Shown here piece by piece: positions 19,534 through 29,490 of a DNA stretch of 61,787 bases; the stretch's first letter is position 1; every line of letters starts with the position of its first letter. The DNA comes from Deltaproteobacteria bacterium (GTDB taxonomy: Bacteria; Myxococcota_A; Polyangia; Haliangiales; Haliangiaceae): contig JAFAOG010000040.1 of NCBI GenBank assembly GCA_019237945.1, forward strand, positions 1 through 61,787, given 5' to 3'. Below the pieces are notes generated by a model. The model saw nothing but the letters and a program-made list of their open reading frames with translations, was not told where the DNA came from and did no database searches. The position numbers and the translations under genes are program-made.

Positions 19534-22500
19534 GCGCGAAGAAACCGGCGACGACCGAACCGGCGCGCACGCACAAGCTCGCCGAGCGGTTCGTGCTGCG
19601 CTCGCCGGTGCTGCCGCTCGCCGCGCTCGAGCACCTCGACGTCCGCGCGCTACTCGCGGACCCGGGCGTGCGCGAGGCGCTGTTCATCGCATCGCCGGAG
19701 CTGACGACCGCGCTCGAGGCCGGCAGCACCGACCCCGGCGTGCTGCGCGCGGCCGTTCGCTACCTGTCGCGCATGGCGTTCCGCGCGACGCCGTTCGGGC
19801 TGTTCTCCGGTGTCGTGACCGGGACGTTCGCGGCGACGAGCGAGCTCCGGCTCGCCCCGCGCACCGAGCACGATCGCCACACGCGCCTCGACAACGACTA
19901 CCTCGCGAAGCTGTGCGATGCGATCGCCGCCGACCCGGCGATGCGCGGCGAGCTGACGTTCGGGCCGACGTCGAGCCTCTATCGCGTCGGCGACAAGTAT
20001 CGCTATGCGGCCGGCAAGCTGATCCGCGAGGTGCGCGAGTACCACCTCGTCGCGATCGATGCGACGCCGTACCTCGACGCGGTGATCGAGCGGGCGCGTG
20101 CCGGGGCCACCCTCGACCAGCTCGCCGCGGTGCTCGCGAGCGATCCCGAGCTGACGCGCGAGGAGATCGACGGCTATCTCGGCGAGCTCGTCGCCGTGCA
20201 GCTGCTGGTCCCGACGCTGCAACCGCGCGTGACCGGCCCCGAGCCCGCAACCGTGCTGCGCGGAATGCTCGATGCGATGCCGTCGGCGCGCGGGTTCGCG
20301 AGCGTGCTCGGCGATGTCAGCGCGCGGCTCGCCGCGATCGACGAAGCGCATGGCGCGGCGCCCGAGACCTATCGCGCGATCGCGGCCGCGCTCGAGCCGC
20401 TGCCCGCGAAGGTCTCGATCGCGCGCCTGTTCCAGGTGGACGTCACGCTGCGTGCCCCGGTCGTCACGCTCGGGCCGCGCGTCGCCGCCGAGATCACGCG
20501 CGCGTTCGAGCTCACGCGCAAGCTCGTGCCCGCTCGCAACGACGAGGCGTGGAGAAAGTTTCGCGAGCAGTTCAACACGCGCTACGAGACGCGCGAGGTG
20601 CCGCTCGTCGAGGTGCTCGACGAGGAATCGGGGATCGGCTTCGGCACGCCGAGCGGTGACACCGCCCAGGCGCCGCTGATCCGCGACCTGCCGTTCCCAG
20701 CGATGGCGGCGGGCGACCGCACGTTCACGGCACGCGAGGCGACGCTGCTGCGCCTGGTCGGCGAGTCGCGCGGCGCGACCGAGCTGGTGCTCTCCGATGC
20801 CGATGTCGCGGCGCTCGCCCACGATCCGGGCCCGCTCGCCGACACGGTGACGTTCACCGTGCGCATCGCCGCCGCGTCGCGCGAGGCACTCGACCGCGGC
20901 GACGTCACGATCGACTCGAACGGCTTCACGAGCGCCTCCGCGACGCGTCTGCTCGGCCGCTTCTGCCATGGGTCGCGCGAGGTGCACGCGTTCGTCGACG
21001 AGCTGGTCGCGCGCGAACACGCGCTCGCCGGCGACGCCATCCTCGCCGAGATCGTGCACCTGCCCGAGGGCCGGCTCGGCAACATCCTGCTGCGCCCCGT
21101 GCTGCGCGAGTACGAGATCCCGTACATGGGCACGAGCGGCGCGCGGGCCGACAAGCAGATCCCGATCACCGATCTGCTCGTCTCGGTGCACGGCAGCCGC
21201 GTCGTGCTGCGATCGCGCCGGCTCGGCCGCGAGGTCCGCCCGCAGCTCGCGACCGCGCACAACTATGGCCTGCGCAGCCTCGCGATCTATCGCTTCCTGT
21301 GCGCGCACGCGTCGCAGCACACCGAGGGCGGCCAGTGGTCGTGGGGCGCGCTCGAGTCGTTGCCGTTTTTGCCGCGCGTGCGCCACGGCAAGGTCCTGCT
21401 CGCGCGCGCGACGTGGTCGGTGCGCAAGCCCGACCTCGAGAAGCTCACCGACCCGGCCTCCGCCCGCGCGCTGCGCGATCGCCGAGGGCTGCCGCGCTGG
21501 ATCGTCGTCGCCGACGGAGACAACGAGCTGCCGGTCGACTTCGACAACGATGCGTCGCTCGACGCGTTCGTCCAGATCGTGCGCTCGCGCGAGGCCACGC
21601 AGCTCGTCGAGATGCATCCGGCGCCCGATCAGCTGATCGTCGACGGCGCCGACGGCAAGCACACCCACGAGATCGTCGTCGCGTTCGTGCGCGAGCAACC
21701 GGCGCCGCAGCGGCCCGTCGACGTGAGGCCGGTGACCGTCGAGCGCCGCTTCCCGCCCGGCTCGCGCTGGCTCTACGCGAAGCTCTACGCCGGCACGGCG
21801 ACGCTCGATGCGCTGCTGCGCGAAGCGATCGCACCGCTCGTGCGCGAGGCCATCGCGACCGGGATCGCCGATCGCTGGTTCTTCCTGCGCTACGCCGATC
21901 CGGACGACCACGTGCGGCTCCGCTTTCACGGCGATCCGGCGCGCCTCGCCGAGCTGCTGCCGCGCCTCGCCGAGCTCCCCGTGCGCCGCCTCGTGCTCGA
22001 TACGTACGAGCGCGAGGTCGAACGCTACGGCGGCGATCGCGGCATCGAGCTCGCGGAGCACATCTTCGCGGCCGACAGCGAGGCCGTGCTGACGATCGTC
22101 GAGCACACGCGGGGCGACGAGGGCGCCGACGTGCGGTGGAAGCTCGCGGTGCTCGGCCTGGATCTCATGGCGCGCGATCTCGGGCTCGATGTCCCGGCGA
22201 GACTCGCGCTTGCGACGCGCGTCCGCGATGGCTTCGCGGCCGAGCACGGCGTCGATACCGCATTCCAGAAGCGCCTCGGCGACAAGTTCCGCGCGCACGC
22301 GACCGAGCTCGCCGCGCTGCTCGCGACCCGGCTCGACGATCCGGATCACGACTACGCGCCCGGGCTCGAGGCGTTCGCCGCGCGCTCCGCCGCGATCGCG
22401 CCGCTCGCCGCCGAGATGCGCGCGCATGTCTCGTCGGTCGACGACGTGCTCGCGAGCCTGTGGCATATGCACGTCAACCGCATGCTGCCGAGCATGCAGC

Positions 22501-22580
22501 GCCGCCAGGAGCTCGTGATCTACGACCTATTGCGGCGCCACTACGACGGCGTGATCGCACGCCAGCGAGCGAAGAAATGA
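19530..22580 (+). CDS. Full-length LanB-type lantibiotic dehydratase family protein (N-terminal glutamylation + C-terminal elimination/SpaB_C-like domains)
   Basis: GTG start (GTGA overlap). FVLRSPVLPL, the FRATPFGLFSGV motif, and the C-terminal RWFFLRYADPDDHVRLRFHG motif typical of the thiopeptide/lanthipeptide dehydratase C-terminal domain. 1016 aa. Confidence 0.9.
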   Translation: MSAKKPATTEPARTHKLAERFVLRSPVLPLAALEHLDVRALLADPGVREALFIASPELTTALEAGSTDPGVLRAAVRYLSRMAFRATPFGLFSGVVTGTFAATSELRLAPRTEHDRHTRLDNDYLAKLCDAIAADPAMRGELTFGPTSSLYRVGDKYRYAAGKLIREVREYHLVAIDATPYLDAVIERARAGATLDQLAAVLASDPELTREEIDGYLGELVAVQLLVPTLQPRVTGPEPATVLRGMLDAMPSARGFASVLGDVSARLAAIDEAHGAAPETYRAIAAALEPLPAKVSIARLFQVDVTLRAPVVTLGPRVAAEITRAFELTRKLVPARNDEAWRKFREQFNTRYETREVPLVEVLDEESGIGFGTPSGDTAQAPLIRDLPFPAMAAGDRTFTAREATLLRLVGESRGATELVLSDADVAALAHDPGPLADTVTFTVRIAAASREALDRGDVTIDSNGFTSASATRLLGRFCHGSREVHAFVDELVAREHALAGDAILAEIVHLPEGRLGNILLRPVLREYEIPYMGTSGARADKQIPITDLLVSVHGSRVVLRSRRLGREVRPQLATAHNYGLRSLAIYRFLCAHASQHTEGGQWSWGALESLPFLPRVRHGKVLLARATWSVRKPDLEKLTDPASARALRDRRGLPRWIVVADGDNELPVDFDNDASLDAFVQIVRSREATQLVEMHPAPDQLIVDGADGKHTHEIVVAFVREQPAPQRPVDVRPVTVERRFPPGSRWLYAKLYAGTATLDALLREAIAPLVREAIATGIADRWFFLRYADPDDHVRLRFHGDPARLAELLPRLAELPVRRLVLDTYEREVERYGGDRGIELAEHIFAADSEAVLTIVEHTRGDEGADVRWKLAVLGLDLMARDLGLDVPARLALATRVRDGFAAEHGVDTAFQKRLGDKFRAHATELAALLATRLDDPDHDYAPGLEAFAARSAAIAPLAAEMRAHVSSVDDVLASLWHMHVNRMLPSMQRRQELVIYDLLRRHYDGVIARQRAKK

Positions 22581-23917
22581 CGCCGGGCGAGCGCATCGAC
22601 AACCGGTTCGTCGTCGAGAAGCTGGTCGCGACCGGCGGGATGGGCGTCGTCTATCGCGCGCAGGACACGCAGACCGGCCAGCCGGTAGCGCTCAAGGTGC
22701 TCGAGACACGCAGCGCCGAAGACGTGATCCGCGCGATCCAGGAAGTCGAGCTGCTCGCGAAGGTCAACCATCCGGGCATCGTCCGCCACATCGCCGACGG
22801 CCTGACGAAGGACGACGTCCAGTACCTCGCGATGGAGTGGATCGAGGGCCCGACGATCGCCGACCGCATGGAGAAGGACGGCTTCTCGCAGCGCGAGGTC
22901 GTCGAGGTCGGCCGCGCGGTCGCCGCGGGCCTCGGGGCCGCGCACGCGCACGGCATCATTCACCGCGACATCAAGCCGACGAACATCATCCTCGAAGGCA
23001 ACGAGTGCACGCGCGCCCGCGTGATCGACTTCGGCCTCGCGCGCCTCGCCGGCCCCGGCCAGCGCTCGCTGACGCGCACGGGCATGACGCTCGGCACGCC
23101 CGGCTACATGGCGCCCGAGCAGGCGCGCGGCCGCCGTGATCTGCTGCCCGCCGTCGACGTGTTCTGCCTCGCGACGATCCTCTACGAGTGCCTGACCGCG
23201 ACCGCCGCGTTCACCGGCAGCTCGCTCGCGTCGTTGATGGCGAACGTGATCCTCGCCGAGCCGACGCCGATCCTCGACATCGTGCCGACCGCATCTCCCG
23301 ACCTCGCCGCCGCGATCACGCAGATGCTGGTCAAGGACCCAACGCTGCGTGTCGCGAACGGCAATGTCGCGGTCGCCGTGTTCGACGCGCTCGCCGACAT
23401 CCCCGACGGCCCCCGCCGCCGCCGCATCGAGAGCGGCGCTCCCCCGACCGTCCGCGCCCACACCGGCGGCGCGGTCGCCACCCACGGCCTCGTGCTCGCG
23501 ACCCGCGGCTTCGTCGACGACATCGTCGATCCGCCCGCGCCGAGCGAACAGGCCCTCCTCCACGACGCGGCCGCCGCCGTCGGCGCCGTCCTCGAGGTGC
23601 TCGCGACCGGCTCGGTCGTCGTTCACTTCGCAGGCACCGCTCGCGACATCGCGGCCCGCGCCGCCCGCTGCGCGCTCGCGATCAAGCACATCCTGCCGCA
23701 GTGGGCGGTCGCGATCTCGACGCTCGACCCGGCGCTGACGCTCGTCTCCGACGCGGGCACCGACCTCCTCGGCCGCGCCGCAAAGGCCGCGATCTTCGCG
23801 AAGACGCCGGAGGCCCGCGGCGCGATCCTCGTCGACCCGCAAACGGCCAACTATCTCGACGGCACGTTCGAGATCGATCGCACGTCGCCTCCGCGCCTCC
23901 GGGGCGTCAAACGCTGA
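22577..23917 (+). CDS. Ser/Thr protein kinase with an uncharacterised C-terminal domain of about 170 aa
   Basis: ATGA overlap with the LanB stop. Motifs GGMGVVYRA, ALKVL, HRDIKPTNIIL, DFGLAR and GTPGYMAPE. Confidence 0.9.
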   Translation: MTPGERIDNRFVVEKLVATGGMGVVYRAQDTQTGQPVALKVLETRSAEDVIRAIQEVELLAKVNHPGIVRHIADGLTKDDVQYLAMEWIEGPTIADRMEKDGFSQREVVEVGRAVAAGLGAAHAHGIIHRDIKPTNIILEGNECTRARVIDFGLARLAGPGQRSLTRTGMTLGTPGYMAPEQARGRRDLLPAVDVFCLATILYECLTATAAFTGSSLASLMANVILAEPTPILDIVPTASPDLAAAITQMLVKDPTLRVANGNVAVAVFDALADIPDGPRRRRIESGAPPTVRAHTGGAVATHGLVLATRGFVDDIVDPPAPSEQALLHDAAAAVGAVLEVLATGSVVVHFAGTARDIAARAARCALAIKHILPQWAVAISTLDPALTLVSDAGTDLLGRAAKAAIFAKTPEARGAILVDPQTANYLDGTFEIDRTSPPRLRGVKR

Positions 23918-23934
23918 AGAGGACCAGATTGATG

Positions 23935-24017
23935 GGCCCCAAAGAACCCAAAGAACCCTAAGCCCAGAAAGACGAAGCCGGTCTCTTCCCTTTGGGTCCT
24001 TTGGGTTCTTTGGGGCC
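23935..24017. terminator. 24-bp-arm inverted repeat (23/24 paired) in a convergent intergenic region; likely bidirectional terminator or RNA-stability hairpin
   Basis: Arms GGCCCCAAAGAACCCAAAGAACCC (23935-23958) and GGGTCCTTTGGGTTCTTTGGGGCC (23994-24017), with a 35-nt loop. Lies between the kinase stop (23917) and the dehydrogenase stop (24040). No U-tract. Confidence 0.45.
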
Positions 24018-24039
24018 AACCCCTCCGGGATCCGAGCCG

Positions 24040-25347
24040 CTACGCGGCGACGGTGAAGAAGCGCGCCGGCTCGTGCGGCTCGTCGTAGAGCGCGCGGCCC
24101 GCGATCGCGACCTCGGCGAGCACCGGCGGCACCATCAGGCCCTCGCGGTCGAGCAGGTCGATCGTGCGCGCGGCGCCGATCGCATCGACGAGGACCGAGG
24201 GTGGGGCCCAGTTGAAGCCGAAGCCCATGATGCGGTCGACGTCGCGCGGGTGCTCGACGACCTCGCCGACGCGGCCGAGCGCGTACGAGATGTAGCCGAG
24301 CATGATGCGGCGCAGGAGCTTGGCGTCCTGGCCGTCGGTGGTGCAGAGCACGTCGAAGGCTTCGGCGTGCTTGCCGTCGCGGAGCGCGTGCTTCATGCGC
24401 TCGATGAACGTCGGCATCGGCGGCTGGACCTCGGCGAGCTTGGCGTAGTCGCCGGTCGCCGGATCGAGGACGAACGTGATGGCGTCGGCGCCCTTGCCCT
24501 CGACGCGGAAGAAGCCGCCCTTGTCGCGCGTCTTGCGGCCGAGGTGACCGCGGTCGATCATGCGCTGCATGTAAGCGGGGAGGGCGAAGTCGTCGTGGCA
24601 CTCGTCGCGCGTCGTCGCGTGGAGGTTGTCGACGATCGCCTTGTGGACGTCCCAGCCGACGAGATCGATCGTCGCGAGCGGCGCGAGCGCGCGGCCGGTG
24701 TGCGTGCCGACGAGCTGATCCATGTACGCGACGCCGTGTTGCTCGGCGAGCATCGCGACCTCGTTGAGCAGCTTGAAGCCGATGCGGTTGCCCGCGAACG
24801 CCGGCGTGTCCGCGCAGGTGACGACGACGCGATCGAGCGCCGACTCGAGCAGCTCCTTGACGGCGGTCGTGACCTGCGGGTCGGTGCCGGTGTGGGGGAT
24901 CAGCTCGCAGCCGCGGATGATCGTCGGCGGGTTGAAGAGGTGGATGCCGAGGAAGTGGGCGCGGAAGTCGTCCGACTGACCGGCGCACATCGCGGCGATC
25001 GACAGGCCCGACGAGACGGTCGCGACGACCGAGCCCTGCGCGCGCACGCGATCGACCTGCGCGAACACCTGGCGCTTCGTCTCGAGGTCCTCGGCGACGC
25101 ACTCGAAGATCAGATCGGCATCGGCGGCGACGGTCGCGAGGTCGTTGTCGTACGTGCCGACCGCGATCGACTTCGGCGCGACCTTGCCCTTCGACATCTG
25201 CTCGGCCTTGGCGCGCCCGGCCTCCGCCTTCTCGATCGTGCGAGCCAGCATCGTGGTGGGAATGCCGGCAGAAGCGAAGATGGCCGCGGCACCCGCACCC
25301 ATCGCACCATTCGCACCTAGGACGACGATCTTTCGAATTGCTCGCAT
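24040..25347 (-). CDS. 3-hydroxyacyl-CoA dehydrogenase family protein
   Basis: N-terminal Rossmann fold VVLGANGAMGAGAA. FLGIHLFNPP, the HFFNP-type motif of 3HCDH enzymes. 435 aa. Confidence 0.9.
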   Translation of the reverse strand: MRAIRKIVVLGANGAMGAGAAAIFASAGIPTTMLARTIEKAEAGRAKAEQMSKGKVAPKSIAVGTYDNDLATVAADADLIFECVAEDLETKRQVFAQVDRVRAQGSVVATVSSGLSIAAMCAGQSDDFRAHFLGIHLFNPPTIIRGCELIPHTGTDPQVTTAVKELLESALDRVVVTCADTPAFAGNRIGFKLLNEVAMLAEQHGVAYMDQLVGTHTGRALAPLATIDLVGWDVHKAIVDNLHATTRDECHDDFALPAYMQRMIDRGHLGRKTRDKGGFFRVEGKGADAITFVLDPATGDYAKLAEVQPPMPTFIERMKHALRDGKHAEAFDVLCTTDGQDAKLLRRIMLGYISYALGRVGEVVEHPRDVDRIMGFGFNWAPPSVLVDAIGAARTIDLLDREGLMVPPVLAEVAIAGRALYDEPHEPARFFTVAA

Positions 25348-25443
25348 CGAGGCCCAGTATTCAGCAAAACGCGTACCCGGCGAAGCATTGAAACTTGTTC
25401 GATATGGAAAAGATGGGCCGTGCGGGCGCGCGCACCACGTGCG

Positions 25444-28400
25444 CTAGAACGTGACGCGAAAGCCCACTTGCGCCGACGCGGGCGCGTACCTCGCCGTCGT
25501 GTGCCCGAAGTTCGGGTTGCGCGGCGTCGGCTGGCTCGTCTCCATGCCGTTCTTGTCGGTTGTCTTCGCCCAGATCAGATCGGCGTATTCACCGCCGCTA
25601 ATCGGGTTCACGCCGCCGGAGATCGCAGGCGTGTAGGTCTCGTCGACGTTGAACGTGCCCTGATGATTGTAGATGTTGAAGAAGTCCATGTAGAGCTCCG
25701 CCGACGTCGTCGCCGACAGCTTGCGCCGATAGCCGACGTGAACGTCGACACCGTGCTCGAGACCGGTGCGACCGAGGACGCCTCGCGGCAGCAAGAACGA
25801 TTCATTCGGCCCGTAGAGGTAGTGCGGTCCGAGTGCGTTGATCGGTACGCCGGAGATCGCGCGAATGCGGGTTCCGATGGTGAGCACACCTCGTCCCACC
25901 TCGAACCCGCGGTACGCGTCGATCTTCAGCGAGTGCGGACGGTCCTGCGGGAGAGGGCCGCGCCTGTTGGCAAGCAGCTCGATCAGATCGTACTGCGACG
26001 AGATGTTCGGATCGATCTGCCCGTTGTCGTACGACACGCTGCCCGGGTAATTGCCCTCCGCGCGCGAGTACGTGTACGAGCCCTGCAGGTAGAGCCCGCT
26101 CGTGAACCGCCGCGACAGCGATAGCTCGATCGCATCGTAGTTGCGGCTCGGCTTGTCGAACGTGCGGATGCCCTGGAACAGGCCGAGCTCGCGCGTCAGC
26201 CGGTTCTTCGTCGCGGCATCGCTCGTCATCGCGATCTGGCGCTGCAGCTGCGTCTCGGCATCGCGCGACCACTCGCCGGGGTTCGCGATGATGTACGTGT
26301 TCGCGCCGTCGGTCGACACGTCCTCGATCGCGCGCCCGAGCGTGCGGTGCTGCACGGTGACGCCGGCGACGACGTTCGGGATCACGGCGATCTCGGCGCC
26401 CGCGAGCACCTCGTCGACGTACTCGGCCTGGATCCCCGGCGCGACGAGCACACCGCTCGAGCCGATCAGCTGCTCGGTCGTCGGGTGCGCGCCCATCAGG
26501 CAGCCGCGGCCGTCGGGACCGCCGAGACGCGGATCGCTCGCGCCGCACTGCGAGGGCGCGAAGTCGCGGACGTCGGAGACCTCGCCGCCGAAGCTGCGAT
26601 CGTTGATGTCCATCGGGATCGCCTCGTAGAAGCGTCCCCAGCTCGCGAACAGCTTCGTCTTGCCCTCGTCGCTCGGATCCCAGATCGCACCGAGGCGCGG
26701 CGCGAGGTTTCCGGTCAGCGCCATCGCCGTCGTCCCGATGTGCTCGTGCGTGAGCGGATCGGTCGTGTTGCGCAGCGACTCGGCGTAGTTGAGCCGCTGG
26801 TCCTCGTAGCGCAGGCCGGCGTTCAACGTCAGCGTGCGATACGGACGCCACGAGTCGCGCAGGAACGCGGCCCAGTCGACGGTCTGACCGCCGACCTGCG
26901 TGCCGGGCGAGCCGACGGTTCCGCCGAGGAAGTGGCACTGGTACGACTTCATGCCCGCGTTCGGACCCGTCGAGTCGCCCGGCGTCTGGCAGGTCTCGCT
27001 GCCCTCGCCGAGCGCGGCCCATCGCTGGATGCGCACGTCCGAGCCGAGGTAGTTCGTGATCGCGGCGCCGCCGGAGAGCAGGCGCGCGGTGCTCTTCACG
27101 TTGTCCTCGACGTCGATGCCGGCCTTCATCTCGTGATTGCCGAGGAAGTCGCGGCGCTCGGTGACCGAGAGGCGCGCGGTGCGGCGATCCTCGGTGTCGT
27201 GGGAGAGCGCGCCGGGACCGCCGACCTCGTAGCCACGCGTGCCGAGCGGACAGTTGACGATCAATGGATACGGATCGCTCGCGGTGCGGTCCTGGCAGCC
27301 GTCGGCGTGGTCGTAGCCGAGCGCCGACAACGTCGCGAGGTCGCCGCCGATCAGCTGCTGTGACGGCTGGGCGTCGAGCGCGGGATCGATCGCGCCGCTG
27401 TTCAAGGTCGAGCGGTGCCACGCGACGAGCGCCTCGACCTCGGTGTGCGCGTCGTCGAACTTCGCGTTCCACTTCATGACCGCGTCGGTCGTCAGGCCGG
27501 TCGTGTGGCGGCCCGCGCCCGGGTTGCCGAACAGCTGCGGCGAGTCGCTGACGCTCGGCAGCGCGATCAGCGAGGCCTGCACGGTCTGCGCTTCGGCGGG
27601 CGCGGCGGTGATCTTCGCGAGCGATGCGAACGAGCGCGACGTCGAGGTGCGCGTGTCGTGGCCGATGATGTCGGTCAGGTAGAAGCCGGTCGCGGGATCG
27701 ATGTCGGGGACGCCGTCCGCGTACTGCTTCTCGCACGTCGAGATGCTGCCGTTGTCGAGGCGCACGTGACAGTCGGTCTCGCGCTTGATCGTGCGCGTGT
27801 AGTCGACGCGCGACAGCTGCGGCGCGACGCCGACGTACCACCACGCGCGTCCCTTGACGATCGGGCCGCCGAGCTCGACGCCGAAGTTACTGGTGTACGC
27901 CTGGTTCGGCGTGACGTCGATCGAGCTCGCGTTGACCGGCGCGCGCTGCACACCCGCGGTGAGAAAGCCCGGCGTGATCGCGCCGAAGATCGAGCCGCGC
28001 ACCGTATCGGTGCCGTTGCGCGTGACGAGGTTGACGACGCCGCCCGTCGCGCGCCCCATCTCGGCGTCCATGCCGCCGGTGATCACCTGGATGTCGTCGA
28101 TGAATGCGTTGGGCACCGGCGTGCCGACGTTGCCGAACGTCAGACCGGTGATGTCGACGCCGTCGACGATGTAGCGGTTCTCGAGCGACGTCGAGCCGGA
28201 GAACGCCGTGCCGACGCCGTCGTTCTGCGCGCCGCCGATCGCGCCGATCACGTTGTCGAAGTTTGGCCCGGGCACCGGCATGTCGTCCAGGTACGCGCGG
28301 TCGAAGTGCTTCTCGTGGCTGGGGTGGCGCAGATCGAGCGGCGGCGGCGTGCCGTGGATCTCGATCGCCTCGCCGATCTTCAGCTTCTCGTCGAGCCGCA

Positions 28401-28677
28401 GCGTCTGGCCGAGCTGTACGCGGACGCCCTTGTGCACCGCGCGCGTCGGATCCATGTCGAACACGACGTCGTAGGTGCCCGGCACGACATCGGTGACCTT
28501 GTAGGCGCCGTGGCCGTCGGTGACCGCTGACTGCGTGCCGATCGTGACGTAGACCGCGGCCAGCGGCTCCTTCGTGTCGCGATCGGTGACGATGCCCTCG
28601 ACGGAGCCCGTCGTGATCTCCTGCGCGTACGACACACTCGTCATCGCGACGAGAACCAAGCAAATCGAAAACCTCAT
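25444..28677 (-). CDS. TonB-dependent receptor-like outer-membrane protein with an N-terminal carboxypeptidase-regulatory-like domain
   Basis: Met111 of ORF 25444..29007. Signal peptide MRFSICLVLVAMTSVSYA. GSVEGIVTDRDTKEPLAAVYVTIG...VPGTYDV. Plug-like region ENRYIVDGVDITG. C-terminal ...AQVGFRVTF. Confidence 0.85.
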   Translation of the reverse strand: MRFSICLVLVAMTSVSYAQEITTGSVEGIVTDRDTKEPLAAVYVTIGTQSAVTDGHGAYKVTDVVPGTYDVVFDMDPTRAVHKGVRVQLGQTLRLDEKLKIGEAIEIHGTPPPLDLRHPSHEKHFDRAYLDDMPVPGPNFDNVIGAIGGAQNDGVGTAFSGSTSLENRYIVDGVDITGLTFGNVGTPVPNAFIDDIQVITGGMDAEMGRATGGVVNLVTRNGTDTVRGSIFGAITPGFLTAGVQRAPVNASSIDVTPNQAYTSNFGVELGGPIVKGRAWWYVGVAPQLSRVDYTRTIKRETDCHVRLDNGSISTCEKQYADGVPDIDPATGFYLTDIIGHDTRTSTSRSFASLAKITAAPAEAQTVQASLIALPSVSDSPQLFGNPGAGRHTTGLTTDAVMKWNAKFDDAHTEVEALVAWHRSTLNSGAIDPALDAQPSQQLIGGDLATLSALGYDHADGCQDRTASDPYPLIVNCPLGTRGYEVGGPGALSHDTEDRRTARLSVTERRDFLGNHEMKAGIDVEDNVKSTARLLSGGAAITNYLGSDVRIQRWAALGEGSETCQTPGDSTGPNAGMKSYQCHFLGGTVGSPGTQVGGQTVDWAAFLRDSWRPYRTLTLNAGLRYEDQRLNYAESLRNTTDPLTHEHIGTTAMALTGNLAPRLGAIWDPSDEGKTKLFASWGRFYEAIPMDINDRSFGGEVSDVRDFAPSQCGASDPRLGGPDGRGCLMGAHPTTEQLIGSSGVLVAPGIQAEYVDEVLAGAEIAVIPNVVAGVTVQHRTLGRAIEDVSTDGANTYIIANPGEWSRDAETQLQRQIAMTSDAATKNRLTRELGLFQGIRTFDKPSRNYDAIELSLSRRFTSGLYLQGSYTYSRAEGNYPGSVSYDNGQIDPNISSQYDLIELLANRRGPLPQDRPHSLKIDAYRGFEVGRGVLTIGTRIRAISGVPINALGPHYLYGPNESFLLPRGVLGRTGLEHGVDVHVGYRRKLSATTSAELYMDFFNIYNHQGTFNVDETYTPAISGGVNPISGGEYADLIWAKTTDKNGMETSQPTPRNPNFGHTTARYAPASAQVGFRVTF

Positions 28678-28809
28678 GCTCTCGTCGTACGCGCGACGAC
28701 GTACTTCGCGACAGCATGCGGTGCTCACGCTCTTACACACGCTGCGTGCGACACGCGCGAGTGGTGTCGCAGTATCTTGCGCGAGAGGCCCGCGCCGGGG
28801 AGCGACAAA

Positions 28810-29490
28810 ATGACCGACACGCTTCGCACGCTGACGCGAGACATCACGACGTGCCGCAGGTGCGCCCGTCTCGTGCGATGCCGGGAAGCAGCAGCTGCGA
28901 CGCCGCCGAAGCGATTCGCCGGACAGTCGTACTGGGCGCGTCCGATCCCCGGCTTCGGTGATCCGAAAGCGCGGCTGCTCGTCGTCGGCCTCGCGCCGGC
29001 CGCGCACGGCGGCAACCGCACCGGCCGCGTGTTCACCGGCGATCGCAGCGGCGACTGGCTCTACGGCGCGCTGTATCGCGCGGGCTTCGCGAACCAGCCG
29101 GAGAGCACAGGACTCGACGACGGGCTCGTGCTCGCCGATGCCTACGTGACGGTCGCGGTGCGGTGCGCGCCGCCGACGAACAAGCCGACGCCCATCGAGC
29201 GCGATCGCTGCACGGGCTATCTCGTGCGCGAGCTGCGCCTGCTGAAGAACGTGCGCGCCGTCGTCGCGCTCGGCGCGTTCGGCTGGGACGGCTTTCTACG
29301 CGCGGCGCGCGAGCTCGGTCACGACACGAAGCCACGCCCGGCATTCGCGCACGGCGCGCACGCGGCGGTCGGCCCGTACCGGCTGTTCGGCAGCTACCAC
29401 GTCAGCCAGCAGAACACGTTCACCGGCCGGCTGACGGAAGCCATGCTCGATGCGGTGTTCACTTCCGCGAAGGCCGCAGCTCCCGCCTGA
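28810..29490 (+). CDS. Uracil-DNA glycosylase, family 4/5 (UDGb-like, Fe-S type)
   Basis: Start at MTDTLRTL. CRRCARL Cys cluster. Motif A GLAPAAHGGNRTGRVFTGDRSG. SYHVSQQN motif B. Confidence 0.85.
   Translation: MTDTLRTLTRDITTCRRCARLVRCREAAAATPPKRFAGQSYWARPIPGFGDPKARLLVVGLAPAAHGGNRTGRVFTGDRSGDWLYGALYRAGFANQPESTGLDDGLVLADAYVTVAVRCAPPTNKPTPIERDRCTGYLVRELRLLKNVRAVVALGAFGWDGFLRAARELGHDTKPRPAFAHGAHAAVGPYRLFGSYHVSQQNTFTGRLTEAMLDAVFTSAKAAAPA

Noticed and set aside
19650-22472. 940-aa minus-strand ORF, plus several 130-250-aa ORFs in other frames
   Set aside because: They are antisense or out of frame to the LanB gene, which carries the diagnostic TPFGLF and WFFLRYxDP motifs. Their composition (R, A, E, D, G) is that of GC-rich non-coding frames.
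23188-25320. ORFs ending or starting in MGPKEPKEP / MGPLGSLGP across the 23935-24017 hairpin
   Set aside because: These peptides are translations of the two arms of the inverted repeat. The rest of each ORF is shadow sequence of the kinase and dehydrogenase genes.
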